Notes under the pieces: generated by a model | What the model was told of the DNA's origin: nothing | Seen by the model: only the letters and a program-made list of their open reading frames with translations | Database searches by the model: none | Assembly (NCBI GenBank): GCA_964477635.1 | Contig: CAYZEG010000001.1 | Coordinates: 1-32,253, forward strand | Source: Candidatus Woesearchaeota archaeon | GTDB lineage: Archaea; Nanobdellota; Nanobdellia; Pacearchaeales; GW2011-AR1 | Direction of reading: 5' to 3' | DNA: 32,253 nt | Program-made: the position numbers and the translations under genes | In this document: in pieces, positions 1 to 8,853 of the stretch | How the letters are laid out: each line of letters starts with the position of its first letter | Position numbering within the stretch: position 1 is the stretch's first letter

Positions 1-36
1 CCCATCGATATCAAACAAGAGCAATTTTTGTCCCAT
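1..36 (-). CDS. HAD-superfamily hydrolase, N-terminal fragment (gene runs off the left edge)
   Basis: The reverse complement of 1-36 reads ATG GGA CAA AAA TTG CTC TTG TTT GAT ATC GAT GGG = MGQKLLLFDIDG. This is HAD motif I (hhhhDxDG) at an N-terminus. It starts 4 nt after the stop of the upstream NUDIX gene. Only 12 codons are visible. Confidence 0.4.
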   Translation of the reverse strand, partial: MGQKLLLFDIDG

Positions 37-40
37 GAAA

Positions 41-526
41 TTAAAACGTGAAACTCCCATCCCTTAACGATTGGTAGAATTTTTCTATTGCTTGATAATT
101 TGGAGTGACTATTAAATCAAGTTGATTGTATAATGTTAATGTTCCATCATCAAAAACAGAAAATCCGGCTCCTTCGCCTAGTGTGATTTTACTCAAGTCA
201 CCGTCGAATCGCGTCGCAAAATAGTTGACATTAACTTTTCTCGTAAATTTTCCTTCACCTTCTTCCCATGTTGACGATATGAAAAATTTCGGCTCCCCAA
301 CCAATCCAACCTTACCGCCAAGCTCTTCGTACTTTTCTCTTACTACCGCATCCAAATTTTTTTCTCCAGGCCCTATTCTTCCGCCGAAAGTGCACCACCT
401 ATTTGGCCATCTTGGATATCCTTCGTCTTTTCTTTGCAGAAGAATTCTTTCCTTAGGATCTAATGGAAGCCAAAGAGAAAAATTCGGCATCGATGAATCA
501 ATTGCCGGCTCATTTCTAAATTCCAT
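41..526 (-). CDS. NUDIX hydrolase
   Basis: Nudix box GGRIGPGEKNLDAVVREKYEELGG (Gx5Ex7REuxEExGu). The track start at 532 is a TTG. The first ATG, at 526, lies exactly 21 nt from promoter motif 547-564. Confidence 0.85.
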   Translation of the reverse strand: MEFRNEPAIDSSMPNFSLWLPLDPKERILLQRKDEGYPRWPNRWCTFGGRIGPGEKNLDAVVREKYEELGGKVGLVGEPKFFISSTWEEGEGKFTRKVNVNYFATRFDGDLSKITLGEGAGFSVFDDGTLTLYNQLDLIVTPNYQAIEKFYQSLRDGSFTF

Positions 527-546
527 AAACAAATCGGTTTAAAAGA

Positions 547-564
547 ATTTTTAAGGATTATGGC
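547..564 (-). promoter_or_regulatory. BRE/TATA-like promoter motif for the NUDIX operon
   Basis: The minus strand reads GCCATAATCCTTAAAAAT and ends 21 nt before ATG 526. Its CAT is the track ATG 560 of the divergent gene. Confidence 0.6.
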
Positions 565-572
565 GATAAAAT

Positions 573-590
573 GGCTAAATCTTAATAAAT
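573..590 (+). promoter_or_regulatory. BRE/TATA-like promoter motif for the WbuC-like gene
   Basis: GGCTAAATCTTAATAAAT ends 21 nt before ATG 611. Confidence 0.5.
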
Positions 591-610
591 TAACTTCAAC
601 AAACAGTTAT

Positions 611-1099
611 ATGATTGAATCTTTGAATGAAGATAAATTAAAAGAATTGTTTGAACAATCAAGAAATTCTTCAAGAAGAAGGGCAATCAGAACTTTTCAG
701 GAGGATTCTTACCCAGGACCGCAGATTGGATTAAATGTCATACAGCCTGAAAGTTATACAAGACCACACTTTCGTTACAGCGATGAATACATTCTGCATT
801 ACTCTGGAAAATTATGTTTCCTTGTGTTAGACGAATCTGGACATGTTAGAAGAGGGCAAGTATTAAGCAAGGAGTCTCCGTATCTTTTTCTTCCAGCTAA
901 AGCTTATCATACTCTTGTTTCTTTGGAAAAAGATTCTGCACTTTGGTTTGTGACTCAGGGTCCGTTTGACCCGAATAATTTCAGGCAAGATTTTCCAGGC
1001 TCTCCGACGGAGAAAGAAGATTATGCGGAATATTTTGATTGGTTGAAAAAAATGGCTTTGATAACAGAAGGTTTAGGCAGATTAAAAAAAGAAAATTGA
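611..1099 (+). CDS. WbuC-family cupin-fold protein
   Basis: SRNSSRRRAIRTF...YTRPHFRYSDEYILHYSGKLCFLVLDESGHV resembles WbuC-type cupins found in O-antigen clusters. ATG 611 is preferred over the track ATG 560. Motif 573-590 ends 21 nt before 611, whereas the nearest TATA-like run before 560 ends only 15 nt away. Confidence 0.6.
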   Translation: MIESLNEDKLKELFEQSRNSSRRRAIRTFQEDSYPGPQIGLNVIQPESYTRPHFRYSDEYILHYSGKLCFLVLDESGHVRRGQVLSKESPYLFLPAKAYHTLVSLEKDSALWFVTQGPFDPNNFRQDFPGSPTEKEDYAEYFDWLKKMALITEGLGRLKKEN

Positions 1100-1105
1100 T
1101 TTCAA

Positions 1106-2794
1106 TTAATCAGACAATTCAAATCCGTCAATCTCTTCTCTTGGAATTCTGAAAACATCATCTTCATACCCGCCATCTTGTCTTGATTTCTTTGTGAAAA
1201 ATAATAATTCATTATCTTCATCAAGACCTTCGTCATGATGCCATTCTAACGGCGGATTGTTTACCATGTCCCCTTCAACCATTATAACTTCCTTGACCTC
1301 GCTGCCTTTTTTTGACAAATCTTTCGACAAGTGTTTTATTCTTCCTTTTAGAACATAGTTCAATTGTTCAGTCTGTTTGTGATAATGATTTCCTCTTATA
1401 GCCCCTTTTTTATAAGTCACAATTCCTGCATGCACAAAATCAATTCCGTCGACAATATCAATAATCTTTCCTCTTCCATCTTCGTGAGCAGGCTTTATTT
1501 TGACAACTTCTGAATTATCTTTTTCCGTTTCCATTATTTCACTTTGAAAATCGGATTTATAAGTATTATGCAATTCTCTGATAATTTGTGGTTCTGGATT
1601 TGGAACAATTATTTTTCCAGAATATCCATTCTTCCTAAGTTTTGGGATTATGTCATCTTTTATGTTCCATGGCAATAATAATACATATTCCGGTTTGTCT
1701 TCAAAAAGCTTTGACTCTGGTAATATCTTTATGTGCATTCCTGGAGAATATTTTCCTATTTTCAATTCGCTTGTTTCTGCCAGATAATCAAGTTTGCTGG
1801 AGTCTATTTTGCAAAAATTTAACAAAGTGGTGCCTTTGGCGGGAGCTCCAATTCCAACAATTCTGTGTCCCTTAGATTTTACATCATGAAGTATCATGTT
1901 TAATTTTCCTCTATTGTCATTCACTTTTTTCCTGAAATTATCAAAACTTTCATGCGAATTCAGATTGGATTTTTCTTCTTCTTCGAGCAAAGATTTTACA
2001 GAATTAGAAATTGGATAAGCACCTTTTTTACAAACTAATATGCGTATGGATCCTCCATGAGTTGGAATCCGTTCCGCATGAAATACATCCATATCAAAGC
2101 GATTGAAAAGATTGACAAGTGCCGTGACTGAATAATATCTTAAATGCTCATGATAAATCGCGTCATATTGAAGTTTTTCAATCATGTCAGCCAAGTAATG
2201 TGATTCAGCCAGAAATACTCCCTTGTCATCAAGGATTAATTTTATTCCCTTGATTATTGAAGCCAGTTCTTTTGCGTGTGGAATAAGGCTTAGTCCCGTT
2301 ATTAATTTTGCCTTGCCTTGACTCTTTAAAATCAATTTTGCCAATGCCTCATTGAAAAAATCTTTGATTGTCAGTATCCCATTTTTTATCGCTATGTCTG
2401 CCACACTTGACGGATCTACGCCTAAAATTCTTACATTATATTTTGTAAATTCCTGGAGCAGAGCGCCATCATTGGATGCTATGTCAATAACAAGATCTTT
2501 TTCTGTAATATTAAATTCCTTAACAAATTTTTCGACTAGCGACTTCATGTGAATCAAAAGAGGTTTATTGGAGGCAGAAGTATAAATATACCTGTCTGTG
2601 AATAAAATTTTTGGATCAACCGCATAACTAAGTTGGACAAGTTTGCAATCCTCGCAAAAAAACACTTTTAGTGGGTAGAACGTCTCACTTTCATTTAACT
2701 TTTCTTCAGATAAGAATGCATCGCTTGGCGGTTGATATCCCAAATCAAGAACTTCATACAAATTAGAGCTTGAGCATATTTCACATCTAATCAT
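1106..2794 (-). CDS. NDP-hexose C-methyltransferase (TylCIII/NovU-type) fused to a C-terminal cupin (sugar isomerase/epimerase-like)
   Basis: N-terminal Cys4 zinc ribbon (CEIC...CEDC). Class I SAM fold (VIDIASNDG). C-methyltransferase C-terminal domain (IVGIGAPAKGTTLLNF...YVLLLPWN). The last ~130 aa form a cupin with RGNHYHKQTEQLNYVLKG. Confidence 0.8.
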   Translation of the reverse strand: MIRCEICSSSNLYEVLDLGYQPPSDAFLSEEKLNESETFYPLKVFFCEDCKLVQLSYAVDPKILFTDRYIYTSASNKPLLIHMKSLVEKFVKEFNITEKDLVIDIASNDGALLQEFTKYNVRILGVDPSSVADIAIKNGILTIKDFFNEALAKLILKSQGKAKLITGLSLIPHAKELASIIKGIKLILDDKGVFLAESHYLADMIEKLQYDAIYHEHLRYYSVTALVNLFNRFDMDVFHAERIPTHGGSIRILVCKKGAYPISNSVKSLLEEEEKSNLNSHESFDNFRKKVNDNRGKLNMILHDVKSKGHRIVGIGAPAKGTTLLNFCKIDSSKLDYLAETSELKIGKYSPGMHIKILPESKLFEDKPEYVLLLPWNIKDDIIPKLRKNGYSGKIIVPNPEPQIIRELHNTYKSDFQSEIMETEKDNSEVVKIKPAHEDGRGKIIDIVDGIDFVHAGIVTYKKGAIRGNHYHKQTEQLNYVLKGRIKHLSKDLSKKGSEVKEVIMVEGDMVNNPPLEWHHDEGLDEDNELLFFTKKSRQDGGYEDDVFRIPREEIDGFELSD

Positions 2795-2844
2795 TTCTCT
2801 GGACTATAATGACCCTCTTTGCATTTTAATCTTCAAGGGAAACA

Positions 2845-2862
2845 ATTTAAATAGATTATGAA
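2845..2862 (-). promoter_or_regulatory. BRE/TATA-like promoter motif upstream of C-methyltransferase-cupin #1
   Basis: The minus strand reads TTCATAATCTATTTAAAT. It shares 17 of 18 nt with the motif upstream of paralogue #2. It ends 21 nt before a 6-codon mini-ORF ATG (2824) and 51 nt before the main ATG (2794). Confidence 0.6.
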
Positions 2863-2890
2863 ATGAAAATCACTATTTTTAATTGCAGAG

Positions 2891-3997
2891 TTAATTTTTT
2901 TTTGTAACTTCTTCTATTGCTCTGTCCAATATTTTAAATGTATTTTCTAAATGGAATTTTCTGATATATTCTTTTGCTTCTCTTCCCATTTTTTCTGCAA
3001 CCTTAGGATTATTTGCAAAAAAATCTATTTTCTCGGCTATTTTTTCTGGGGAAACATCATCAATTAAAAATCCAGTTTTTCCATCTACCACAGTTTCTTT
3101 AAGTCCGCCTTCATTTGAACCGATTACCGCTTTTCCCGATGCCGCAGCTTCTTGCGGAGCATAACCAAGATCCTCATTAATAGGAACGTATACAACGGCA
3201 AGGCAGTTTGCGTAAAGGTCAGTCAGTTCTTCATCTGAAACAAATCCCTTTAATTCAACATTTTTGTAATTTTTTGACAGGTCTTCTATCTCATTTCTCA
3301 TATTTCCAGAACCAACAACAACTAATTTGACGTTTTTATTTTTTACAAATCCCATGCTTTCTACGATTTCTTTTGGTCTTTTTGTGCTGACAAGTCTGCA
3401 AACAGAAAGAATATAATTTTCATATCTCCCTGTTTTGAATTTCTTTGGGTCAATTCCGGATGGAAAAATCTCTGAATCTTTATGATAAAATTTATTTATC
3501 CTTCCCTGGATTTCTTTGCTAACACACAAAATCTTTGTGATTTTCTGCACTGCCATATAATCTAATTTTTTCAATAAGACGTTTTTTATATGCACCTTCA
3601 TCTTTCCCAAAAGGTTGGAATTTTCTAATTCATGTTCCTTAAGATCATAAAAAAATCTTGGTGGCGCATGGGAGATATAAATCGTTGGCGTGTTTTTACA
3701 ATTGTTTATTGTCGTTAAAGTTGCAGGGAAACATCCCAGTATAATTAAATCAAAATCTTCCTCGTCTATATTTTTTTTTAAAAAAGCTAGAGGAGCGAGA
3801 AACCTGTTTTTTGGTTTTATAAAATTAATTTTAGAATTCTTAAAAGTTGCTCCACCTTTTATTAGTTTTTGCGTAAAGACTGTTATGTCATGATTTTCGG
3901 ATAAATGAGACGCTATGCTGTCCATATTTTTCCCACCCGGGGGGAATGATCTGGATGGTTCAAAAATTGCTATTCTTAATTTTTTTTTATTTTCCAT
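2891..3997 (-). CDS. Glycosyltransferase family 4 (GT-B)
   Basis: C-terminal EX7E region EDLGYAPQEAAASGKAVIGSNEGGLKETVVDGKTGFL. The track start at 4003 is a TTG. The first ATG is at 3997, 6 nt after the stop of the upstream methyltransferase, so the two form an operon. Confidence 0.85.
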   Translation of the reverse strand: MENKKKLRIAIFEPSRSFPPGGKNMDSIASHLSENHDITVFTQKLIKGGATFKNSKINFIKPKNRFLAPLAFLKKNIDEEDFDLIILGCFPATLTTINNCKNTPTIYISHAPPRFFYDLKEHELENSNLLGKMKVHIKNVLLKKLDYMAVQKITKILCVSKEIQGRINKFYHKDSEIFPSGIDPKKFKTGRYENYILSVCRLVSTKRPKEIVESMGFVKNKNVKLVVVGSGNMRNEIEDLSKNYKNVELKGFVSDEELTDLYANCLAVVYVPINEDLGYAPQEAAASGKAVIGSNEGGLKETVVDGKTGFLIDDVSPEKIAEKIDFFANNPKVAEKMGREAKEYIRKFHLENTFKILDRAIEEVTKKN

Positions 3998-4003
3998 AAG
4001 CAA

Positions 4004-4591
4004 TTATTTTAATTTGACTACTTGAAACTTTGCATTTATATATCTTATTAATCCCCCGATATAATTTGAAAAAAATTGTCTAAACGGGACAAATCTTCCT
4101 GCTATTGAAGGATAGTCCTCCACTTCAATAACTCTTACTGGAAATTGCAAATGCAAATCATCAAAGGCTAGCCGATGAAAAGAGTGTATGTGCTCTATAT
4201 TCATATAGGCACTATAACTATGCCAATGAGGAACCTTTATGTAAATGAAAGCACCCGGTTTTGATATCCTAACTAATTCTTTTAATACTTTACTTAAATC
4301 AATTAAATGCTCAAGAATAAAACTTGCATTTATATAATCATAAGTGTTATCTTCTATTGGATATGGGAACACATTTAAATCCCATTTTATATTTCCAAAA
4401 TCTAACATGTCCATATTGTCCCATTTATAATTTTCTTCAACAATTCCATGCCAAAATCGGTCTAAGGGATTCCATTTATAGCCTTTAGTTATAATTTGTT
4501 CTCCACATCCAAAATTCAACGCCATTTTTACACTTCCATCTTTCTTTGTTACCTTCTTTTTTTCACCTAAATCTAATTTTTTGACTGCCAT
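4004..4591 (-). CDS. Class I SAM-dependent methyltransferase
   Basis: Motif I LNFGCGEQ and a later FILEHLIDLSKVLKELVRISKPGAFIYIKVP (Methyltransf_11-like). ATG 4591 is 21 nt from promoter motif 4612-4629. Confidence 0.75.
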   Translation of the reverse strand: MAVKKLDLGEKKKVTKKDGSVKMALNFGCGEQIITKGYKWNPLDRFWHGIVEENYKWDNMDMLDFGNIKWDLNVFPYPIEDNTYDYINASFILEHLIDLSKVLKELVRISKPGAFIYIKVPHWHSYSAYMNIEHIHSFHRLAFDDLHLQFPVRVIEVEDYPSIAGRFVPFRQFFSNYIGGLIRYINAKFQVVKLK

Positions 4592-4611
4592 GCACTGGTT
4601 GAATAAAAAGC

Positions 4612-4629
4612 TAATTAAAAAGATATCGC
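4612..4629 (-). promoter_or_regulatory. BRE/TATA-like promoter motif for the methyltransferase-GT4 operon
   Basis: The minus strand reads GCGATATCTTTTTAATTA and ends 21 nt before ATG 4591. Confidence 0.55.
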
Positions 4630-4818
4630 TTATAATTGCACAATAAGAAAAATCTCTTTAATTCTTCCGCAAGAAATCCGCCCATTTTAGTTTGCGGAGG
4701 ATGTCATTGTTTCAATTTCTAAAAATATAGCATTTTTATTGCGGTTATCAAATAAATTTTACACAGAACTATAACAACAATATTTAAAAAATATGTTTTA
4801 ATTAATGAAAGAATAAAA

Positions 4819-5541
4819 ATGAAAGGAAATTACACTTTAAAAGAGATTTATGGTTCTGGGGGGGCAAGACATAAATTAATCCGGCTTCTGGAGCAGCCTT
4901 CAATAATAAGGGAAGTTATCAATAAAATAAGACCTGCTCATTCTAAAGAGTGTATGGAAGCGAAAAAATTAATTGGACAAACGCCAAAAATGCTTATAGA
5001 TGTTGGAGCATATATTGGCGAGTTTTCGGAGGCATTTTTATTTAATTATCCGGATACAAATATAATTGCCTTTGAGCCAAATCCCAAGAATTATAATAAA
5101 GTAACACAAATGCCAAATGTTCAAGCATACCCATTCGGATTATGGGACAAAAACACAAAAAAAACTTATTATTTAAATCCGGATAAGAACGCAGACGATC
5201 AAAACTCTTTTTTGAAACCAAAGAAATACAATCCAGAAAAAATGGAAATTGAATTAAAAAGATTTGACAGCCTTAATATAAATATAGAGCAACCTTGTTT
5301 TTTGAAAATTGATGTAGAGGGGGCAGAATATCAGGTTCTATTAGGTTTTGGAGATTTTCTTAAACGAATAGACGTCGTTCAGGTTGAAGTAATCCATCAA
5401 GATTTGTTTGAAGGTCAATCAAAACTTAGTGAAATAGTGAAATTAATGGAAGAGCACGGATTTAAGGGATTTAAACAAATGAATCTAACTTATTTGGATA
5501 ATAAACCTCATAAGTCTGATTTAATGTTTTTTAAGGCATAG
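4819..5541 (+). CDS. FkbM-family methyltransferase
   Basis: LIDVGAYIGEFS, IIAFEPNPKNY and KIDVEGAEYQVLLG are the characteristic FkbM blocks. Confidence 0.85.
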   Translation: MKGNYTLKEIYGSGGARHKLIRLLEQPSIIREVINKIRPAHSKECMEAKKLIGQTPKMLIDVGAYIGEFSEAFLFNYPDTNIIAFEPNPKNYNKVTQMPNVQAYPFGLWDKNTKKTYYLNPDKNADDQNSFLKPKKYNPEKMEIELKRFDSLNINIEQPCFLKIDVEGAEYQVLLGFGDFLKRIDVVQVEVIHQDLFEGQSKLSEIVKLMEEHGFKGFKQMNLTYLDNKPHKSDLMFFKA

Positions 5542-5664
5542 TAGAAATTTATTTATTCTAACAGCATATGTTGCTATTAATTATAATAGATCCCAATCGC
5601 AGAAAATTTATAAACACCTTCCCCGCATGAATTGGAATAACTAATTTACAGCAATTAAAATAAA

Positions 5665-6597
5665 ATGAGGGATATCTGTGTTTGGGGCGGGGCAGGATTT
5701 ATAGGTTCTGTTTTAATTGGCAGATTGCTTGACCGCGGATATAATGTTACTGTTGTGGACAACTTGCACAAAGGCGGAGATTCTTTGCTTCAATATGTGA
5801 ATAATAAAAATTTCCATTTTGAAAGAGCAGATATCTCCCAAGAGAGTCAAGTTAAAAAAGTGCATGAAAAAGATTATGAGGGAATAATTCTTCTTTCGGG
5901 GATAGTGGGATTGCCAGCATGTAAAAAACATCCATCATTGGCTAAGGCAGTTAATGAAGATGGTTGGGCAAACGTGGCAAAATATAAAGGGAGAGCAAAA
6001 TTGGTGGCCGCCGGCACAGGCTCGGTTTATGGAATCGTTAAAGATGAAATTTGCACAGAAAATACCAGCACAAATCCACAATCTTTGTATGGGATTACAA
6101 AATTAAATGGCGAAAAAGCCATACTAAATTATCTGAATACAGTTGTCCTTAGGTTTGCAACTTGCATTGGAGTTTCACCGAGCATGAGACTTGACCTTTT
6201 GCCAAATTATATGTGTTATGAAGCAGTAATCAATCGTTTTTTATCTGTGTTTGAATCCGGCAATATGAGAACTTTTATTGATATAAGGGATTTTGCAGAT
6301 TCTTTGATTTTTATTTTGGAGAATTTTGATAATCTCAAATATAGGGTATATAATGTGGGAACTGAAAAAAATAATTGGACAAAAAGACAACTGGCAGAAT
6401 ATATTGGAGAAAAAACGGGATGCATGATTGCTTATGCAGAAACTCATAAAGATGAAGACGCCAGGGATTATGCCTGCGATTATAGCAGAATACATGAGGC
6501 GGGATTTAATGTGAAATACTCTATGGAAGAAACCATAATGGATTTGATTAAATCAGTTCCTCTTCTGGATACCCAGAATAAATATAAGAAATGGTGA
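5665..6597 (+). CDS. NAD-dependent epimerase/dehydratase (extended SDR)
   Basis: Rossmann motif WGGAGFIGSVL and catalytic YGITK (YxxxK). Confidence 0.85.
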   Translation: MRDICVWGGAGFIGSVLIGRLLDRGYNVTVVDNLHKGGDSLLQYVNNKNFHFERADISQESQVKKVHEKDYEGIILLSGIVGLPACKKHPSLAKAVNEDGWANVAKYKGRAKLVAAGTGSVYGIVKDEICTENTSTNPQSLYGITKLNGEKAILNYLNTVVLRFATCIGVSPSMRLDLLPNYMCYEAVINRFLSVFESGNMRTFIDIRDFADSLIFILENFDNLKYRVYNVGTEKNNWTKRQLAEYIGEKTGCMIAYAETHKDEDARDYACDYSRIHEAGFNVKYSMEETIMDLIKSVPLLDTQNKYKKW

Positions 6598-6647
6598 AGA
6601 TAATTTGCTAGAATAAAATTTAAAAGACAACATGTCTTATATAAATT

Positions 6648-6836
6648 ATGAAAACTTGGATAAAAATAATTCTGTTCGCAATAATAATTTACGCAATAAT
6701 AACAACAAACTTTCAAGAAATAATAAATTTGAAAACAACACCAGAGAATTTAGCGCATCTTACATGGATTATAATTCCAATAATTTTAATATGGATTTTC
6801 AGGGAAAAGGAAAAACAAAAATCCAAAAATTTTTAA
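6648..6836 (+). CDS. Hypothetical small membrane protein (two predicted TM helices)
   Basis: The 62-aa ORF MKTWIKIILFAIIIYAIITT...HLTWIIIPIILIWIF has two clean hydrophobic helices and a basic tail. TATA-like motif 6609-6626 ends 22 nt before its ATG. It competes with an Asn-rich low-complexity ORF in another frame. Confidence 0.4.
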   Translation: MKTWIKIILFAIIIYAIITTNFQEIINLKTTPENLAHLTWIIIPIILIWIFREKEKQKSKNF

Positions 6837-6968
6837 ATGAAGAATATCCAACACAAAAAATAAATCAAAGATATACAAATGAATTAATTACTTTCTTTTA
6901 ATCTTTTTTCAACTAGTCAAATTCTTCTTGAACTTCTATTTATAAATATAATTGTAATAGATTTCATT

Positions 6969-6986
6969 ATCACTAATCTTATAAAT
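6969..6986 (+). promoter_or_regulatory. BRE/TATA-like promoter motif
   Basis: ATCACTAATCTTATAAAT ends 21 nt before ATG 7007. Confidence 0.6.
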
Positions 6987-7006
6987 AAATTTTTAGATTT
7001 ACGTTG

Positions 7007-7990
7007 ATGAAAAAATACATTTTGGTTACCGGTGGTGCGGGATTTATCGGTTCTTATGTTGTTGAGGGATTAATTAAGAAAGGTCATAATGTTTTGATAG
7101 TTGACGATTTTAAAGATAACAGTGCTATTTTTTATGTTAATCCAAAAGCAGAATTTATCAGGAAAGATATAACCGACCCATTTTTATTTCAACTCCTCGA
7201 TGAATACGAAATTGAAGGAGTTTATCATTTGGCATCGCAAACTTCCACTGAAGGTTCTTTTATGAATCCTTCTCGGGACATACTTACAAATTCATATGGA
7301 ACCTGGCTTATTGCGAACTACTGCAAAAATAGAAAAATTAAGAGATTGATATACAGCAGCACAAGCGCAGTTTATGGTGATGGTTGCAAAGAGATTGTTG
7401 ACGAAGAGACGTCAATTCAACCGAATTCTATTTACGGAGTCTCGAAATATAGTGGGGAACTGTTCATTAAACAACTTTTCAAAAATAGTCAAAGCAAATA
7501 TACTATTTTCAGATTCGCCAACATTTATGGGCCGGGTGAGAATTTTAACTACGCGGGTAAAGGCATGATTAAAATATTTTCTTCATTTATATGGAAAAAA
7601 AAGCCTATAGTTGTTAAAGGCAGCTTAGAGAGATTTAGAGATTTTCTCTTCGTGGAAGATCTTGTTGAGGCTTTGATAAAATCATATGATTGTGAGAACG
7701 CATACAATCAAGTTTATGTTCTCTCTTCTGGAAAAAAAGTTTTATTGGGAGAATTAATTCCTCAAATTATTAGAGCATCAGGAAACTCTCAAGATTATCC
7801 CGTGATTATTTCCGATGGCACAAAAGGGGATACTCATGGTTTTCATGCAGATATATCTAAGATAAAAAGGGATCTTAATTGGGAACCAAAACATGATCTG
7901 GGCACTGGATTAAAAAAAGTTTTTGAGTGGATAAGTAAAGTTCCACATGTAGATGATTTGTCCGAATATCATCCGTTTAATTTAAATTAG
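7007..7990 (+). CDS. NAD-dependent epimerase/dehydratase (extended SDR, UDP-hexose 4-epimerase-like)
   Basis: VTGGAGFIGSYV and YGVSK (YxxxK). The track start at 7004 is a TTG. ATG 7007 is exactly 21 nt after promoter motif 6969-6986. Confidence 0.85.
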   Translation: MKKYILVTGGAGFIGSYVVEGLIKKGHNVLIVDDFKDNSAIFYVNPKAEFIRKDITDPFLFQLLDEYEIEGVYHLASQTSTEGSFMNPSRDILTNSYGTWLIANYCKNRKIKRLIYSSTSAVYGDGCKEIVDEETSIQPNSIYGVSKYSGELFIKQLFKNSQSKYTIFRFANIYGPGENFNYAGKGMIKIFSSFIWKKKPIVVKGSLERFRDFLFVEDLVEALIKSYDCENAYNQVYVLSSGKKVLLGELIPQIIRASGNSQDYPVIISDGTKGDTHGFHADISKIKRDLNWEPKHDLGTGLKKVFEWISKVPHVDDLSEYHPFNLN

Positions 7991-8019
7991 CTAGTGGATT
8001 ATTTCTGTGAAATCCATGC

Positions 8020-8037
8020 TGCATAATATTTTTAAGG
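8020..8037 (+). promoter_or_regulatory. BRE/TATA-like promoter motif
   Basis: TGCATAATATTTTTAAGG ends 21 nt before ATG 8058. Confidence 0.6.
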
Positions 8038-8057
8038 AAGTCTGATATTAACCTAAA

Positions 8058-8777
8058 ATGAAGAAGAGACTGGAGTTTGATGTTAAGAAGGCAATTTATC
8101 CGAATGGGAATCCAGTATATCTGGCAGGATTGCAAGATCCATTTACGGTGAAAGTTGCCAAATTTTTTTATGATATTGGATTTACTGCGAATTTGATGAC
8201 TTTTATGACTTTTATTATTGCCATGTCGAGCATAGCAGTTTTGCTTTTAGTAAGAAGTTATACTGGATTGATAATTGCAGCAATTCTTATTTTTTTAAGA
8301 AATATTGGGGATATGGCGGATGGTAAAATCGCAAGAGGATCCGATACAAAATCTGCTATTGGAGGATTTTCAGATTTGCTTTCAGATTGGATAATATTCC
8401 TCCCTGCATTTTTTATTACACTAGGTTATATCTCGGGTCACATTGTTATTGGATTCTTATGTGTAATAGGGTACATGAGCCGTGAATTTACAAGAACAAA
8501 ATTTACATATTTTTACGGGAAAAAAATAACTGAAACAGAAGAAGCAAAAAAAATTCCAAGTATGGTTTCTCTCGTGAGAAAATATGATTTGGGAAGCACG
8601 TTTATTTTAATGCCGATATTACTGTTAACAATCGGTCCAATGTGGATAATTTATTCTATAACAACTATTGAATATGCTCTTTTGGCTGGAGAACTTGCCT
8701 TTGATTACCACTGTTTCTTAAAAAGCAGAAAACATGATGAAGTTCCAGATACGGCCGCACAGATGGAACATTACTGA
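8058..8777 (+). CDS. CDP-alcohol phosphotransferase family membrane protein
   Basis: Full signature DG(x2)AR(x8)G(x3)D(x3)D, seen as DMADGKIARGSDTKSAIGGFSDLLSD. Multiple hydrophobic helices. ATG is 21 nt after motif 8020-8037. Confidence 0.85.
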   Translation: MKKRLEFDVKKAIYPNGNPVYLAGLQDPFTVKVAKFFYDIGFTANLMTFMTFIIAMSSIAVLLLVRSYTGLIIAAILIFLRNIGDMADGKIARGSDTKSAIGGFSDLLSDWIIFLPAFFITLGYISGHIVIGFLCVIGYMSREFTRTKFTYFYGKKITETEEAKKIPSMVSLVRKYDLGSTFILMPILLLTIGPMWIIYSITTIEYALLAGELAFDYHCFLKSRKHDEVPDTAAQMEHY

Positions 8778-8853
8778 AGATTAAAAATTCTCTAAGAGAC
8801 TTTCACAACTCTTTTAAAAGTAATACTTTAATTATAATGACGGAGAAATAAAA

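Noticed and set aside
4666-4698. Inverted repeat TCCGCAA...(19 nt)...TTGCGGA in the 227-bp divergent intergenic region, followed by GGAGG-ATG and a 9-codon ORF.
   Set aside because: It is only a 7-bp stem with no tRNA- or sRNA-like features that I can verify by eye. The mini-ORF has no spacing between the SD and the ATG. This is not enough for an RNA gene or riboswitch call.
6632-6901. An 89-aa Asn-rich ORF (NNNLRNNNNKLSRNNKFENN...).
   Set aside because: It is a low-complexity translation typical of AT-rich DNA. The TATA-like motif ends only ~6 nt before its ATG. The overlapping 62-aa membrane-like ORF is the better candidate.
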